From positions 544,001 through 608,000 of the forward strand of contig CAVXWZ010000011.1 of the NCBI GenBank assembly GCA_963765575.1: a DNA stretch of 64,000 nucleotides, read 5' to 3'. Position numbers and translations under genes: made by a program. This stretch comes from an uncultured cyanobacterium. Lineage in GTDB: Bacteria > Cyanobacteriota > Cyanobacteriia > PCC-6307 > Cyanobiaceae. Below the pieces are notes generated by a model that worked only from the letters and a program-made list of their open reading frames with translations, made no database searches and was not told the DNA's origin. Shown piece after piece: positions 44,357 through 53,893 of this stretch; the stretch's first letter is position 1, and each line of letters begins with the position of its first letter.

Positions 44357-45942
44357 GGCAGCCGCTGCAGGTCCTGCAGCAGCAGGCGGCCGTTGCCGTC
44401 GAAGCGGGGTGCCGCAACCCAGCTCTGGGCCCAGGCCCGCGGCCTCACCAGCCAGAGGGGCAGATAGGGGACGGCGGCGGCTGCCCGCTGCTCAATGCTC
44501 TGGAGCAGTTGCAGGCGCGCGCTCCCCGTCAGCCCCTCGCTGCGCAGCAGGTCCTCCTGCAGCCCGGGTGCGGTCCAGAAGCTGCCGCTCAGGGCGCTCT
44601 CGCCCCTGAGGCAGTGCTCGCCTTCGGCTTCGCTGCAGCTGAGCAGGGGGAACAGGTAGGCCTCCGGGTCGCGCACCGCTCCGCGCCAGTCGAGCATCAC
44701 GGCGGGGAAGGCGCCCTCTCCGAGCTGCCGGTACACCGTGGTGGATTCCATGCCATTGGGCTGCAGGGCGATGCAGTCGTCCAGGTCGCGGGCCAACTGG
44801 GCCTGCCAGGTGAGCACCATCAGGCGGTCGGAGGGGATGTTGGAGCGGAAGGTGAGTGGCAGCTCCAGCACCCGGCCGTCGCAGTAGCCCGCCTGCCGGA
44901 ACAGGCTGCGAGCCTGCTCAGGGTCGTAGGACGGCCAGCTCTGGCGAGCCGCGGGGTTCACCGCCGACGGCACCAGGTCGCGCAGGGGACGGCGCAGCCC
45001 CTGGCTCACCCGCTCGGTGATCAGCTCCCGATCGAGGCTATGGGCCAGCGCCTGCCGCAACCCAACCGTGTTGAAGGGCGGCTGGTTGGTGTGCAGGGTG
45101 ATGTAGCCGATCTCCAGGGCCGGACCCTGGCCCTGCCGCAGCTGTCCCTGGCCGGCCCGTTGCTCCAGGGCGTGCTGGTGGTCCTCATGCAGGCCGGTGG
45201 ACAGCAGCACATCCACCTCACCGCTGCCCATGGCGCCGAAGAGGGCGGTGGAATTGCCCAGGCTGACCAGCACGATGCCGTCGTTGCGGGGTGGGGCTCC
45301 CCAGTAGCGCTGGAACGGTTCCAGCCGCTGCTGCTGATCGCTGAAGAAGCTGAGCCGGTAGGGGCCGGTGCCCACGAAGCGATCACTCAGGGCCCGGTCG
45401 CCGTGGTTCCGGTAGGCCTGGGGGGAGACGGGGGTGAGATTGATCGTGCCCAGCAACTGGGGCAGCACGGTGGTGGGGCGTTTGAGCCGCAGTTCCAGCT
45501 CATGGGAGCCGCTGGCGCGCACGGACTCGATGCGCCCATCGAGCAGGTAACTGAGGGTGCCGATCGCCAGGAAACGCTCCAGGCTGAAGACCATGGCCGC
45601 CGCATCGAAGCGAGTGCCGTCGTGGAACAGCACATCGCGGCGCAGCGGAATCGTCACCGTCAGGCCGTCGGTGCTGACGCTCGGCAGTGCGCTGGCCAGG
45701 GCCGGCACCATGCTGCCGTCTTCGGCCAGGCGATAGAGGGGATCGCCGATGGCGCTGAGCAGCTGGGTGGCCCCGAAGGTGGAGGCCCGCACCGGGTCCA
45801 CCGAGCCCACCCGGGCGCTGGTGGCCACCACCAGATTGGCGCCGGCCGCCATGCGGGATGGGCCCCGACAGCCGGACAGCAGCAGGGCAGCGGCAGCAAC
45901 GAGTGACCAGCGTCTGAACGTCAGTCGCAACAACCGTGGCAA
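44353..45942 (-). CDS. Family 5 ABC substrate-binding lipoprotein (DppA/OppA-like)
   Basis: LSGC lipobox, LRRDVLFHDGT.FDA and VGTGPY. Start approximate (TTG). Confidence 0.9.
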   Translation of the reverse strand: MPRLLRLTFRRWSLVAAAALLLSGCRGPSRMAAGANLVVATSARVGSVDPVRASTFGATQLLSAIGDPLYRLAEDGSMVPALASALPSVSTDGLTVTIPLRRDVLFHDGTRFDAAAMVFSLERFLAIGTLSYLLDGRIESVRASGSHELELRLKRPTTVLPQLLGTINLTPVSPQAYRNHGDRALSDRFVGTGPYRLSFFSDQQQRLEPFQRYWGAPPRNDGIVLVSLGNSTALFGAMGSGEVDVLLSTGLHEDHQHALEQRAGQGQLRQGQGPALEIGYITLHTNQPPFNTVGLRQALAHSLDRELITERVSQGLRRPLRDLVPSAVNPAARQSWPSYDPEQARSLFRQAGYCDGRVLELPLTFRSNIPSDRLMVLTWQAQLARDLDDCIALQPNGMESTTVYRQLGEGAFPAVMLDWRGAVRDPEAYLFPLLSCSEAEGEHCLRGESALSGSFWTAPGLQEDLLRSEGLTGSARLQLLQSIEQRAAAAVPYLPLWLVRPRAWAQSWVAAPRFDGNGRLLLQDLQRLP

Positions 45943-45970
45943 GGGGGAAGGGTCAGCAGAGCGCCGCCAT

Positions 45971-46183
45971 TCAAGAGCGATGGGGTCGGGCTGGCCGGAC
46001 CTGCTGCAGGGAAATTTCAAACACTTCTGAGCCGTGCCGGGCCAGGGGCCAGCGCCGCAGCCAGCAGCGGTCATGGTGGTCGTCCACGCCGATCACCTGG
46101 TAGGTCTGGTCGTCGTAGTCGAGCAGCACGCAGTCTCCCTGGATGGGAGTGACGCTGGGGAGTTGGCAGAAAAGGGTTGTCAT
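45971..46183 (-). CDS. Small hypothetical protein (70 aa)
   Basis: GC3-biased ORF with a beta-rich pattern GDCV...YQVIGVD...RCWLRRWPL...FEISL. Confidence 0.65.
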   Translation of the reverse strand: MTTLFCQLPSVTPIQGDCVLLDYDDQTYQVIGVDDHHDRCWLRRWPLARHGSEVFEISLQQVRPARPHRS

Positions 46184-46230
46184 GAACAGGTCATGAAGTG
46201 GGTCTTGGAGGAGTGAACAGACCGTCCAGA

Positions 46231-46277
46231 CGAGCTTGGACGGGTAGAGCGAGCTTGGACCGGTAGGGCGAGGCTTG
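46231..46277. repeat. 19-bp direct repeat x2.5 (CGAGCTTGGACSGGTAGRG)
   Basis: cgagcttggacgggtagag / cgagcttggaccggtaggg / cgaggcttg in the leader of the 70-aa gene. Confidence 0.8.
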
Positions 46278-46418
46278 TCGGCTCAGGGGGGGGGCGGCAA
46301 GCCTTAAGGATTCCTTCGGATCAAACTCCACCCATGCTGCCTCGCTCCTGCCCCGTGGCATCCCCCCATGACGATTTGCGCATCTGATCGGGCTGATCAG
46401 CAGCGCCCCACCAGCGCC

Positions 46419-47774
46419 TCAGAGGGTGCGCAGGCAGGCGGCCACCCCGTCCACCTCGGGCAGGGCCGCAATGGCATCGAGGGCCTGGCGGAAGTGGGCC
46501 TCCAGCACTTCATGGGTGACCACAACGATCTCGGCGGCGTCGCTGTCGGCCTGGAACTGCACGATCGACTGGATCGACACTCCCGCTTGCCCGAAGCAGG
46601 TGCCGATCCGGCCGATCACCCCCGCCTGGTCGCTGGTGCGCAGGCGCACGTAGTTGCGATGGGTGGTGCGGCAGCCATCGATCAGCCGGCACTGCCTCCA
46701 GCTACCCGCCGCCAGCAACGGATCGATGCCGGCCCGGGCCCCGCCCGCGCCCACGGTGCCGGTGGCCTGGCGGATGCCGGCGATGTTGAGGATGTCGGCC
46801 ACCACGGCGGAGGCGGTGGGCCCTGCTCCGGCCCCCGGGCCGTAGAACATCACCTGACCCACCGGATCGCCCTCCACCAGGATCGCGTTGAACACGCCGT
46901 TCACCCCCGCCAACGGATGGCTGCGGGGCAGCAGGGTGGGGTGAACCCGGACATCCAGCAGCTGGCAGCCGGGCTGCGAGGCCGGCTCGCTGGCCACCTG
47001 TGAAGCCGCCTCCGTTTCGATCAGCTGCGACACCGCCAGCAACTTCACCACAAAGCCGAGCTTGTCGGCGTAGGCCACATCGCGGGCATCGAGCTGGTCG
47101 ATGCCTTCGGTGGGGATGTCCTCCCGGGGCACCGAGCCTCCATAGGCCAGGCCCGTGAGGATGGCGATCTTGTCGGCGGCGTCAGCGCCCTGCACATCGG
47201 CGCCGGGATCGGCCTCGGCATAGCCGAGCTGCTGGGCGTCGGCCAGCACCTCGCCGTAGTCGGCCCCCTCGGCCGCCATGCGGCTGAGGATGTAATTGGT
47301 CGTGCCGTTGATGATGCCGCTCACCCTGCGGATGCGGTTGGCGCCGAGGGACTGCTTCAGGGGTTCGATGATCGGGATGCCGCCGCCCACGGCCGCCTCC
47401 AGCAGCACGTAGACCCCGGCGGCGGCGGCGGCGGCGGCGATCTCTTCACCGTGGCGGGCGATCACGGCCTTGTTGGCGGTGACCACGGGTTTGCCGGCGC
47501 TGATCGCCCGCAGGATCAGGGTGCGGGCTGGTTCCAGGCCGCCGATCACCTCCACCACGATGTCCACCGCCGGGTCGTCCACCACCGCCTCGGCATCGGT
47601 GGTCAACAACTCGGCGGCCAGGGGCAGCGGCCGGGCCCGGTTCAGGTCCCGCACCGCCACCCGTCGCAGCGCCAATTGGGCCACCAGCGGGTGGCGACCC
47701 TCCGGGCTGGCCAGGATCTCGGCAACCCCTGCTCCCACCGTGCCGAGGCCGAGCAGGCCGATGCCGATCGTCAT
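46419..47774 (-). CDS. hom: Homoserine dehydrogenase with C-terminal ACT domain
   Basis: GLGTVG, VVTANK, EAAVGGGIP, NGTTNYIL, GYAEADP and GPGAG..PTASAV. Confidence 0.96.
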   Translation of the reverse strand: MTIGIGLLGLGTVGAGVAEILASPEGRHPLVAQLALRRVAVRDLNRARPLPLAAELLTTDAEAVVDDPAVDIVVEVIGGLEPARTLILRAISAGKPVVTANKAVIARHGEEIAAAAAAAGVYVLLEAAVGGGIPIIEPLKQSLGANRIRRVSGIINGTTNYILSRMAAEGADYGEVLADAQQLGYAEADPGADVQGADAADKIAILTGLAYGGSVPREDIPTEGIDQLDARDVAYADKLGFVVKLLAVSQLIETEAASQVASEPASQPGCQLLDVRVHPTLLPRSHPLAGVNGVFNAILVEGDPVGQVMFYGPGAGAGPTASAVVADILNIAGIRQATGTVGAGGARAGIDPLLAAGSWRQCRLIDGCRTTHRNYVRLRTSDQAGVIGRIGTCFGQAGVSIQSIVQFQADSDAAEIVVVTHEVLEAHFRQALDAIAALPEVDGVAACLRTL

Positions 47775-47808
47775 GGGCTGGGAACGTGCAGTCAGTCGAT
47801 CCTAGAAA

Positions 47809-48243
47809 TCAGCCCGCCAGGGCCTTGGCCTGGGCCTGCATCAAGCGCAGGATGTTCAGGAAGCCGTTGGCGCGGGAGGGGGTGAGGCTGGCCTGCAGGC
47901 CGGTGGCGGCGATGAAATCGGGTTCGATGGCCAGGGCCTGCTGGGGGCTGAGGCCTTCGAGGCCCTCGATCAACAGGGCCAACAACCCCTTGGTGATGGC
48001 GGCATCGGAGTCGCCCTGCCAGTGCAGCGTGCCGTCCTCCAGCTTGCCCACCACGTACACCTGGGAGACACAGCCCTTCACCTTGAAGGCGTCATTGCGG
48101 AACTCCGCGGGCAGGGGTTGGAGCTTCTTGGCCAGCCAGAGCACGTATTCGTAGCGGCGCCGGGCGTCGGCGGTGCTCGCCAGACGCTCGACGATGCGGT
48201 CGAGGGCGTCACTGCCCGTGGCGATGGTGCGGGACTCGGCCAT
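47809..48243 (-). CDS. sufE: SufE family sulfur acceptor
   Basis: KVKGCVSQV, GDSDA.ITKGL and LTPSRANG. Confidence 0.94.
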   Translation of the reverse strand: MAESRTIATGSDALDRIVERLASTADARRRYEYVLWLAKKLQPLPAEFRNDAFKVKGCVSQVYVVGKLEDGTLHWQGDSDAAITKGLLALLIEGLEGLSPQQALAIEPDFIAATGLQASLTPSRANGFLNILRLMQAQAKALAG

Positions 48244-48798
48244 TCAGCGCCGCCGGCGCTTGAGCAGCATGGCGCTGGCGGCCGCCAGGCCCATGGCCAG
48301 GCCCCCCACCAGCGGCAGGGGGGCTCCAGCCGGCCGCTGGGCCAGCAGCCGGCCGAGGCCCCTGGAGGAGAGCCCGTCACTCCAGCCGGCAGGCGCCGCC
48401 GAGGCCCCGTCGGCGTCCTGCGGGGCAGGGCCATCGCTGAGCTCGGCCAGGCCGAGGTAGTCGCGGTGGCCAGGGCCGGCATCCACCTGCACTTCCCACT
48501 CCTCGGAGAGCTCAGCGGGAAGCTCAAAGCGCAGTTTGCCCTGGGCATCGGTGCGCCCCATTTCGATCGTCTCGCCGTCGCCACGCCAGAGCCGCACCAC
48601 GGCATCGTCGGCCGGTTCACCGCTGCTGAATTCGCTCTGCAGCAGAAACTCGCGGCGAACCTGCTCACCCAGGGGAGAGATGGTCTCCAGGTTGCTCTGG
48701 ATGCCGTGGCTCCAGGAAGGGCCGTGGCCCAGGGCGCCGAGGGCACAGGCCCCGAGGGCGAGGAACCGGAGGCTGAAGTGGGGACGGGGGGTGGGCAT
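48244..48798 (-). CDS. Exported, C-terminally anchored protein resembling NikL/CbiL nickel/cobalt transport accessory proteins
   Basis: Signal peptide then N-terminal His (HGIQ); FSSGEPA, GRTDAQG..RF and VDAGPGH; C-terminal TM plus KRRRR. Confidence 0.6.
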   Translation of the reverse strand: MPTPRPHFSLRFLALGACALGALGHGPSWSHGIQSNLETISPLGEQVRREFLLQSEFSSGEPADDAVVRLWRGDGETIEMGRTDAQGKLRFELPAELSEEWEVQVDAGPGHRDYLGLAELSDGPAPQDADGASAAPAGWSDGLSSRGLGRLLAQRPAGAPLPLVGGLAMGLAAASAMLLKRRRR

Positions 48799-48812
48799 GG
48801 GTGAAGCGGCGG

Positions 48813-49007
48813 TCAGCTGTCCTTCCAGCGACTGTCGCGCGTCTTGCCCGCCTGGACCATGCGGACCACCGAACTCACCATCATCGAGAGGGCGTCGTGG
48901 GACTCACCGCGGGCTCCGAGTTCGGCGGCCAGCACCCGATCGGAGGCGCTGGGGGCCGCTGGAGCGACGCTGAGCGAGATGTCCGGACGGGTGGAGGACA
49001 GATTCAC
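48813..49007 (-). CDS. Small hypothetical protein (~64 aa)
   Basis: GTG at 49007. Protein-like C-terminal helix ALSMMVSSVVRMVQAGK...SRW; ends 14 nt before the next start. Confidence 0.45.
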   Translation of the reverse strand: MNLSSTRPDISLSVAPAAPSASDRVLAAELGARGESHDALSMMVSSVVRMVQAGKTRDSRWKDS

Positions 49008-49164
49008 GGCGAGCGCCAGTGCACTGGTGGGGATCCTCGCAAAGGCGGGCGGGCTGCGCGGCGATCCGGCGAGGTTTGTGAAGATTGTGACGATGCCGCC
49101 CAGGCTGGACGCCGTTTTCCCTGGTGATGACAGGAGGCCATGGCAGCTGGTTATGGAAATTGGC

Positions 49165-49788
49165 TTACGGAACCACTGGCGGCTCGCGGCCGATGTCGTC
49201 AGTGCAGGTGCTGTGCCCGAGCCCCCGTTCGCTGATCCAGCCCGCAAAGGGCACATCCCAGGGATCTTGAGGCAACCGCTGCACCAGACAGCCGGCGGGC
49301 AGCACCGCCAGCGCCGGCACGTGACGCCAGTCGGGCAGGCCACGCAGCCGGTCGTACCAGCCGCCGCCGTAGCCCAGCCGCAGCCCCTGCCGATCGATCG
49401 CCAGGGCCGGCACCAGCAGCAGCGCCAGCTCGCCGGCGGCCAGTTCGCCCGCTGATGCCGGAGGTGCGGGCACAGCGCAGGCATCGAGCTGCAGGGTGTC
49501 GGCCGGTTGCCAGGGGCGGTAAAGCAGCCGGCCGCCGGCCACGGCCGGCAGGGCCAGCCGCCCGGCCAGGGCGGGGGACCCGGCCAGGGGGCGCAGGTCG
49601 ATCTCCCCGGCCAGGGGCCAATAGAGACCCACCCGGCCGCTCCCCGCCGCCTGGCGGGCCAGCACCGCCGCCACCTGGGCGCGGATCGCCGCCTCGCTGC
49701 GGCTGAGCAGGTGCTGCCGTCGTGCCCGGAACTGGCGCCGCAGCGCCGCTTTGTCGGGGTGAGCGGAAGGCAGGGGCGGGTCTATCAC
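49165..49788 (-). CDS. ygfA: 5-formyltetrahydrofolate cyclo-ligase
   Basis: K..LR...R, YWPLAGEID, LVPALAID..G.RLGYGGGWYDR and WDVP. Confidence 0.93.
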   Translation of the reverse strand: MIDPPLPSAHPDKAALRRQFRARRQHLLSRSEAAIRAQVAAVLARQAAGSGRVGLYWPLAGEIDLRPLAGSPALAGRLALPAVAGGRLLYRPWQPADTLQLDACAVPAPPASAGELAAGELALLLVPALAIDRQGLRLGYGGGWYDRLRGLPDWRHVPALAVLPAGCLVQRLPQDPWDVPFAGWISERGLGHSTCTDDIGREPPVVP

Positions 49789-50253
49789 TCAGCGCTGGAA
49801 CCAGCCCGTCAGGGCGGCGGCCAGGGCATCGGCGGCATCGTCGGGCCGCGGTGGGCGGTCCAGTTGCAGCTCCCGCATCACCGCTTCCAGCACCTCCTGC
49901 TTGTCAGCGTGGCCATTGCCGGTGAGGGCCTGCTTGATCTGCATGGGGGGGTACTCGGCCACCGGCACGCCGAAGCGGGCCAGGGTCATCAGCAGCACCC
50001 CTCGGGCCTGCACCACGGCGATGGTGGTGCTGGAGCGGTAGAAGAAGAACTTCTCCACCACCGCCAGATCGGGCCGCCAGCCCCGCAGCAGCACCCGCAG
50101 GTCGCGGGCGATCTCCAGCATGCGCGCGCCCTCGCTGGCGCCGGGCTCGGTGCGCAGGATGCCGCAATCCAGCAGATGCTGGGCCGTGCCGGCGATCTCG
50201 ATGACCCCATAGCCCACCCGGGCGAGGCCGGGATCGATGCCGAGGATGCGCAC
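49789..50253 (-). CDS. ruvC: Holliday junction resolvase
   Basis: ILGIDPG, VEKFFF, QARGV, G.G.ADK and DDAADALA. Confidence 0.96.
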   Translation of the reverse strand: MRILGIDPGLARVGYGVIEIAGTAQHLLDCGILRTEPGASEGARMLEIARDLRVLLRGWRPDLAVVEKFFFYRSSTTIAVVQARGVLLMTLARFGVPVAEYPPMQIKQALTGNGHADKQEVLEAVMRELQLDRPPRPDDAADALAAALTGWFQR

Positions 50254-50266
50254 CTGCTGGCCGTCC

Positions 50267-51355
50267 CTAGGCCGCCAGGGCCAGCTCGAAGGCGCTGCGG
50301 TCGGCCGCTTCGGGCCGCTCGAACACCTTGCAGAACACCTTCACCACCCGATCGCCGGAGTCGATCTGCTCCAGGGGGTCCTTGCGCAGCCGGTGGCGCA
50401 GGCAGCAGGCGGCCACCCGGGCCACGTCGTCTTCAGTGACCTCGGTGTGGCCCTCAAAGGCGGCCAGGGCGCGGGCGGCCCGGTTGGTGACGATGTCACC
50501 GCGGAGACCATCCACATCCAGCTCGCCGCAGATGGCGGAGATGCGGATGCGCAGGTCATCGTCGATCTGCACCTGGGGCAGCCGCTGCTGAGCCTCCACA
50601 ACCCTGGCCTGCAGGGCTTCCTGGACGGCCTGCATGGCGGCGTTGAAGCCCTCGGGGTCGCTGTCGAAGCTGGTGCGCTGGTCCACCACCTGCACGCGCA
50701 GCTCCGGATCCCGCACCGTGCGCACCTCCACGCTCATGCCGAAGCGATCCAGCAGCTGGGGCCGCAGCTCGCCCTCCTCGGGGTTGCCGGAGCCGATCAG
50801 CACAAAGCGGGCCGGGTGGCGCACGCTCACCCCCTCGCGCTCCACCGTGTTCCAGCCCGAAGCGGCCGAATCGAGCAGCACGTCCACGAGGTGGTCGTCC
50901 AGCAGGTTCACCTCGTCCACGTAGAGCAGGCCGCGGTTGGCCTTGGCCAGCAGCCCGGGCTCAAAGGCGCGCACGCCCTCACTGAGGGCTTTTTCAATGT
51001 CGATCGTGCCGCAGAGCCGGTCCTCGGTGGCCCCCAGGGGCAGGTCGACCATCGGCACCTGGCGCCGCTCGATCGGCAGCTCCACCCCCTGCTCCAGCCG
51101 CTGGCGCACCTCCTCGCTCTGCAGATCGGGATCCTGCGGTGAACTGTTGTAGAGATCGCCCTCCACCACTTCGATTTCGGGTAGCAGATCGGCCAGGGCC
51201 CGGATCGCGGTGCTCTTGCCCGTGCCCCGGTCACCCATGATCATCACGCCGCCGATGCGCGGGTCGATGACGTTGAGCAGCAGGGCCAGTTTCATCTCCT
51301 CCTGGCCCACGATCGCGGTGAACGGGAAGACCCTGCGCTGGCGGACTGGCGTCAC
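50267..51355 (-). CDS. chlI: Magnesium chelatase subunit I
   Basis: [30 protein letters not shown] and [16 protein letters not shown]. Confidence 0.97.
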   Translation of the reverse strand: MTPVRQRRVFPFTAIVGQEEMKLALLLNVIDPRIGGVMIMGDRGTGKSTAIRALADLLPEIEVVEGDLYNSSPQDPDLQSEEVRQRLEQGVELPIERRQVPMVDLPLGATEDRLCGTIDIEKALSEGVRAFEPGLLAKANRGLLYVDEVNLLDDHLVDVLLDSAASGWNTVEREGVSVRHPARFVLIGSGNPEEGELRPQLLDRFGMSVEVRTVRDPELRVQVVDQRTSFDSDPEGFNAAMQAVQEALQARVVEAQQRLPQVQIDDDLRIRISAICGELDVDGLRGDIVTNRAARALAAFEGHTEVTEDDVARVAACCLRHRLRKDPLEQIDSGDRVVKVFCKVFERPEAADRSAFELALAA

Positions 51356-52815
51356 GGACGGCTGCTGGCTGGCTGTTGGGGCGATTGTTTCACAGGCAAC
51401 AGGCTCAGCACCTGGGGCGGTGTGGCGTCTGCCGGGTAGATGAGACGCACCCGCAGGTTGCGGGAGGCGCCCGGCTTCAGGCTCACCGTGCCGAGGGCCG
51501 GCCCCTCCTCGCCGGCCCGCTGCACGAGGTGGAAGCGCCGCCGGGCCGAGGGCCGGCCGCCGCTGCCGTCGAGACCGGCCACCTCGATCGGACCGCGGAA
51601 CATCACCGAGCGCACGGGTGTGGCGTTGAAGCGCAGTCCGCCGATGGCCGGGTCCCCCTTGATCGGCGATTCCAGGGCAAGCTGCAGCTGCACGGGCTCC
51701 GTGCCGGTGTTGCGCAGCGGAATCGTGAGGTCGTACTCCACGCCGTAGTTGCCGTGGGCGGCCCAGGCGGTGCCGTCGTAGAAGGTCTGCAGTTCAGCGG
51801 TCTGGACCTGGTCGGTGCCGAGCCGGCCGCCCTCGAGCGAGGCGATCGGCCAGGAGATCGGCGCAGCGTCGGTGCTCAGCCACGACGTGCCGGGGCTGGT
51901 GATGGTGCCGCGCCAGACGCTGCCCACCTGCACGCCGCTCACCCGGGAGTAGATCATCCGTCCCGGGGCCCCACGCGGGGTGGGCTTGTGCTCCTTGGGA
52001 CTGAGGCCGCCCTCAAGCATCTTGGCCCAGGTCTGGGGCGGCGGCGGCTGGTCGCCCTCGGAGCCGAAGGCGGCCAGGGTGGCCAGGCTGATGGGCCCAT
52101 CGCTCTGCAGGCGCAGCTGCAGGTTGCGGCCGTTGAGCAGCGGATCGAGACCGCGCACCGGCAGGGGCAGCACCACCAGGGTGGTGGCAGCGCCGGGTTC
52201 GAGGGTCCAGCTGCGGGCGAGTTCCGGGCTGCGCTGGCGCATCAGCAGTTCGGTGGCGACGCGGCTGCCGGGGCCGGCCCAGGCCGGACTGGTGCGTTCG
52301 GGGAGCAGTGGCGGCAGGGGCAGGAACGGCGCCCCGGCCATGGCCGGATCCAGCGACTGGGACAGGGCCGTGGACCCCTCCAGCAGGCGCAGTTGCACCG
52401 GCGCATCGCCGCGGGGCTTGGCCACCACGGCCAGCCACAGGGTGGAGTTCATGGTCTCGGGCTTGCCCGCGTAGACGTGGTGGCTGAACAGATCGAAGCG
52501 GCCCTTCAAGGCGACGTCGAGATGGGCTTCCGGCACGCCACGGCCCGCGGGCGCGAAGGTGGAGAGCAGGATGCCGGGCCCGCTGATCAGCTCGGGGTTG
52601 TTGTCGTTGACGACCAGCACCTGATCGAGCCCGCCGGGCAGGGGAGCGACGGTCTGGCGGCGCAGGATCGGTTCGCGGCGCGGGCTGCCCTGCTGCTGGG
52701 CAGGGGCCGGGGGCGCCAGGGCCAGACCGGGGGCCAGCAGCAGGGCGCCGCCGGCTGCCAGCAGGGAGCGGCGCAGAGCGTTGTGGAGGAAGCGAGGCAT
52801 CGGGGGGGAGGTCAT
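51352..52815 (-). CDS. DUF3370 family exported protein
   Basis: PLPGGLD..L..N.NNPE...[23 protein letters not shown] and [10 protein letters not shown]; signal peptide. Confidence 0.82.
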   Translation of the reverse strand: MTSPPMPRFLHNALRRSLLAAGGALLLAPGLALAPPAPAQQQGSPRREPILRRQTVAPLPGGLDQVLVVNDNNPELISGPGILLSTFAPAGRGVPEAHLDVALKGRFDLFSHHVYAGKPETMNSTLWLAVVAKPRGDAPVQLRLLEGSTALSQSLDPAMAGAPFLPLPPLLPERTSPAWAGPGSRVATELLMRQRSPELARSWTLEPGAATTLVVLPLPVRGLDPLLNGRNLQLRLQSDGPISLATLAAFGSEGDQPPPPQTWAKMLEGGLSPKEHKPTPRGAPGRMIYSRVSGVQVGSVWRGTITSPGTSWLSTDAAPISWPIASLEGGRLGTDQVQTAELQTFYDGTAWAAHGNYGVEYDLTIPLRNTGTEPVQLQLALESPIKGDPAIGGLRFNATPVRSVMFRGPIEVAGLDGSGGRPSARRRFHLVQRAGEEGPALGTVSLKPGASRNLRVRLIYPADATPPQVLSLLPVKQSPQQPASSRP

Positions 52816-53867
52816 GGGCGGGTCACCAGGGTCTGGGCCGTGGCTGCGGCCATGGCCCGGATCAGGTCGGCGCTGCGGGGATCGTTGAAGGGGCCGGTGA
52901 CCATGAATGCGGCCACCGCCCGGTTGCCATCGGGTAGCTGGATCAGGGCCGCATCCGAGTAGGCGGTGCCGATGTCACCGGTTTTGTTGAGGGCCGAGAT
53001 GCCGAGGCTGAGCAGCTCGGGGTCGGGCTGGGTCGCGTCCTTGCCGAGGCCCTCAAGCAGACCGAGGGGGATCAGGGTGTCGGTGCGGGAGCTGGCCATG
53101 ATCTCGCGGAAGTGGTCGCGGGCCCTGGGGCTGAGGGTCTCGCCGGTGTCGACCACAGCGATGGAGCGTGCCAGGTCGCGGGCGCTGGTGGTGTTGGTGC
53201 CGTCGAGATCCGGCAGCCAGTTGTTGAGCACCGTGGCCGTGAGCCCCATCGCTTTGAAACGGTTGTTGACGGCCGCCTGGCCACCCAGCTTCTGAATCAC
53301 CAGGTTGGTGGCGCTGTTGTCGCTCACCCGGATCATCTCGGTGGCCGCCTCGTGGAAGGGGAAGCGGGTGCCGATCGGCCGGGTGGCCATCCATCCGGCG
53401 CCGCCGCCCACCAGTTCGGGGGTGAGTTGGAGCGGGGCGTTCCAGCTCAGCTTGCCCGCGTCCAGATCCTCCAGGGCCAGCACCAGGATCGGGGTCTTGA
53501 TCGAGCTGGCGGCGGGCATCGGCTGGTCGGGACCCAGCTCGGCGAAGCGGCCATCGTCGAGCACCAGCAGAAAGGCTGTGGCCTTGAGATCCTTCTGGGC
53601 GGCCGCCAATTGCTGCCAGCGTTGGCTGAGGGCGGTGAGCTCCTGTTTCGGCTGGAAGCTGCCCAGAGCCAGGGCCCCGGGAGCGGCGGGGACGCCCAAC
53701 TGATCCAGGGTGGGCAGGTTGCCCTCAGCGAGCCGCGGTGCCAGCAGCCGCAGGCCGGTGCCGGCCAGCACCCCCAGCCCCACGCCCATCACGGCCAGCC
53801 GCAGCAGCAACAGCAGGGTCTGCCGCCAGCGGCTGCGGGGACTCCTGGGGGATTGAGCGGCGCTCAA
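52812..53867 (-). CDS. Class A beta-lactamase-like serine hydrolase (cyanobacterial PBP-A type)
   Basis: ASSIK (SxxK), SDN and KTG motifs; N-terminal TM; omega-loop WLPD lacks a Glu166 equivalent. Confidence 0.85.
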   Translation of the reverse strand: MSAAQSPRSPRSRWRQTLLLLLRLAVMGVGLGVLAGTGLRLLAPRLAEGNLPTLDQLGVPAAPGALALGSFQPKQELTALSQRWQQLAAAQKDLKATAFLLVLDDGRFAELGPDQPMPAASSIKTPILVLALEDLDAGKLSWNAPLQLTPELVGGGAGWMATRPIGTRFPFHEAATEMIRVSDNSATNLVIQKLGGQAAVNNRFKAMGLTATVLNNWLPDLDGTNTTSARDLARSIAVVDTGETLSPRARDHFREIMASSRTDTLIPLGLLEGLGKDATQPDPELLSLGISALNKTGDIGTAYSDAALIQLPDGNRAVAAFMVTGPFNDPRSADLIRAMAAATAQTLVTRP

Positions 53868-53893
53868 AGCAGCGGGGGAAGTACCGGCTGAAG

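Noticed and set aside
49789..50266. 6S RNA upstream of ygfA
   Set aside because: ygfA directly abuts ruvC, leaving no room.
52812..53867. Antibiotic-resistance beta-lactamase
   Set aside because: No Glu166 equivalent in the omega loop and it is membrane anchored, which fits cyanobacterial PBP-A-like proteins.
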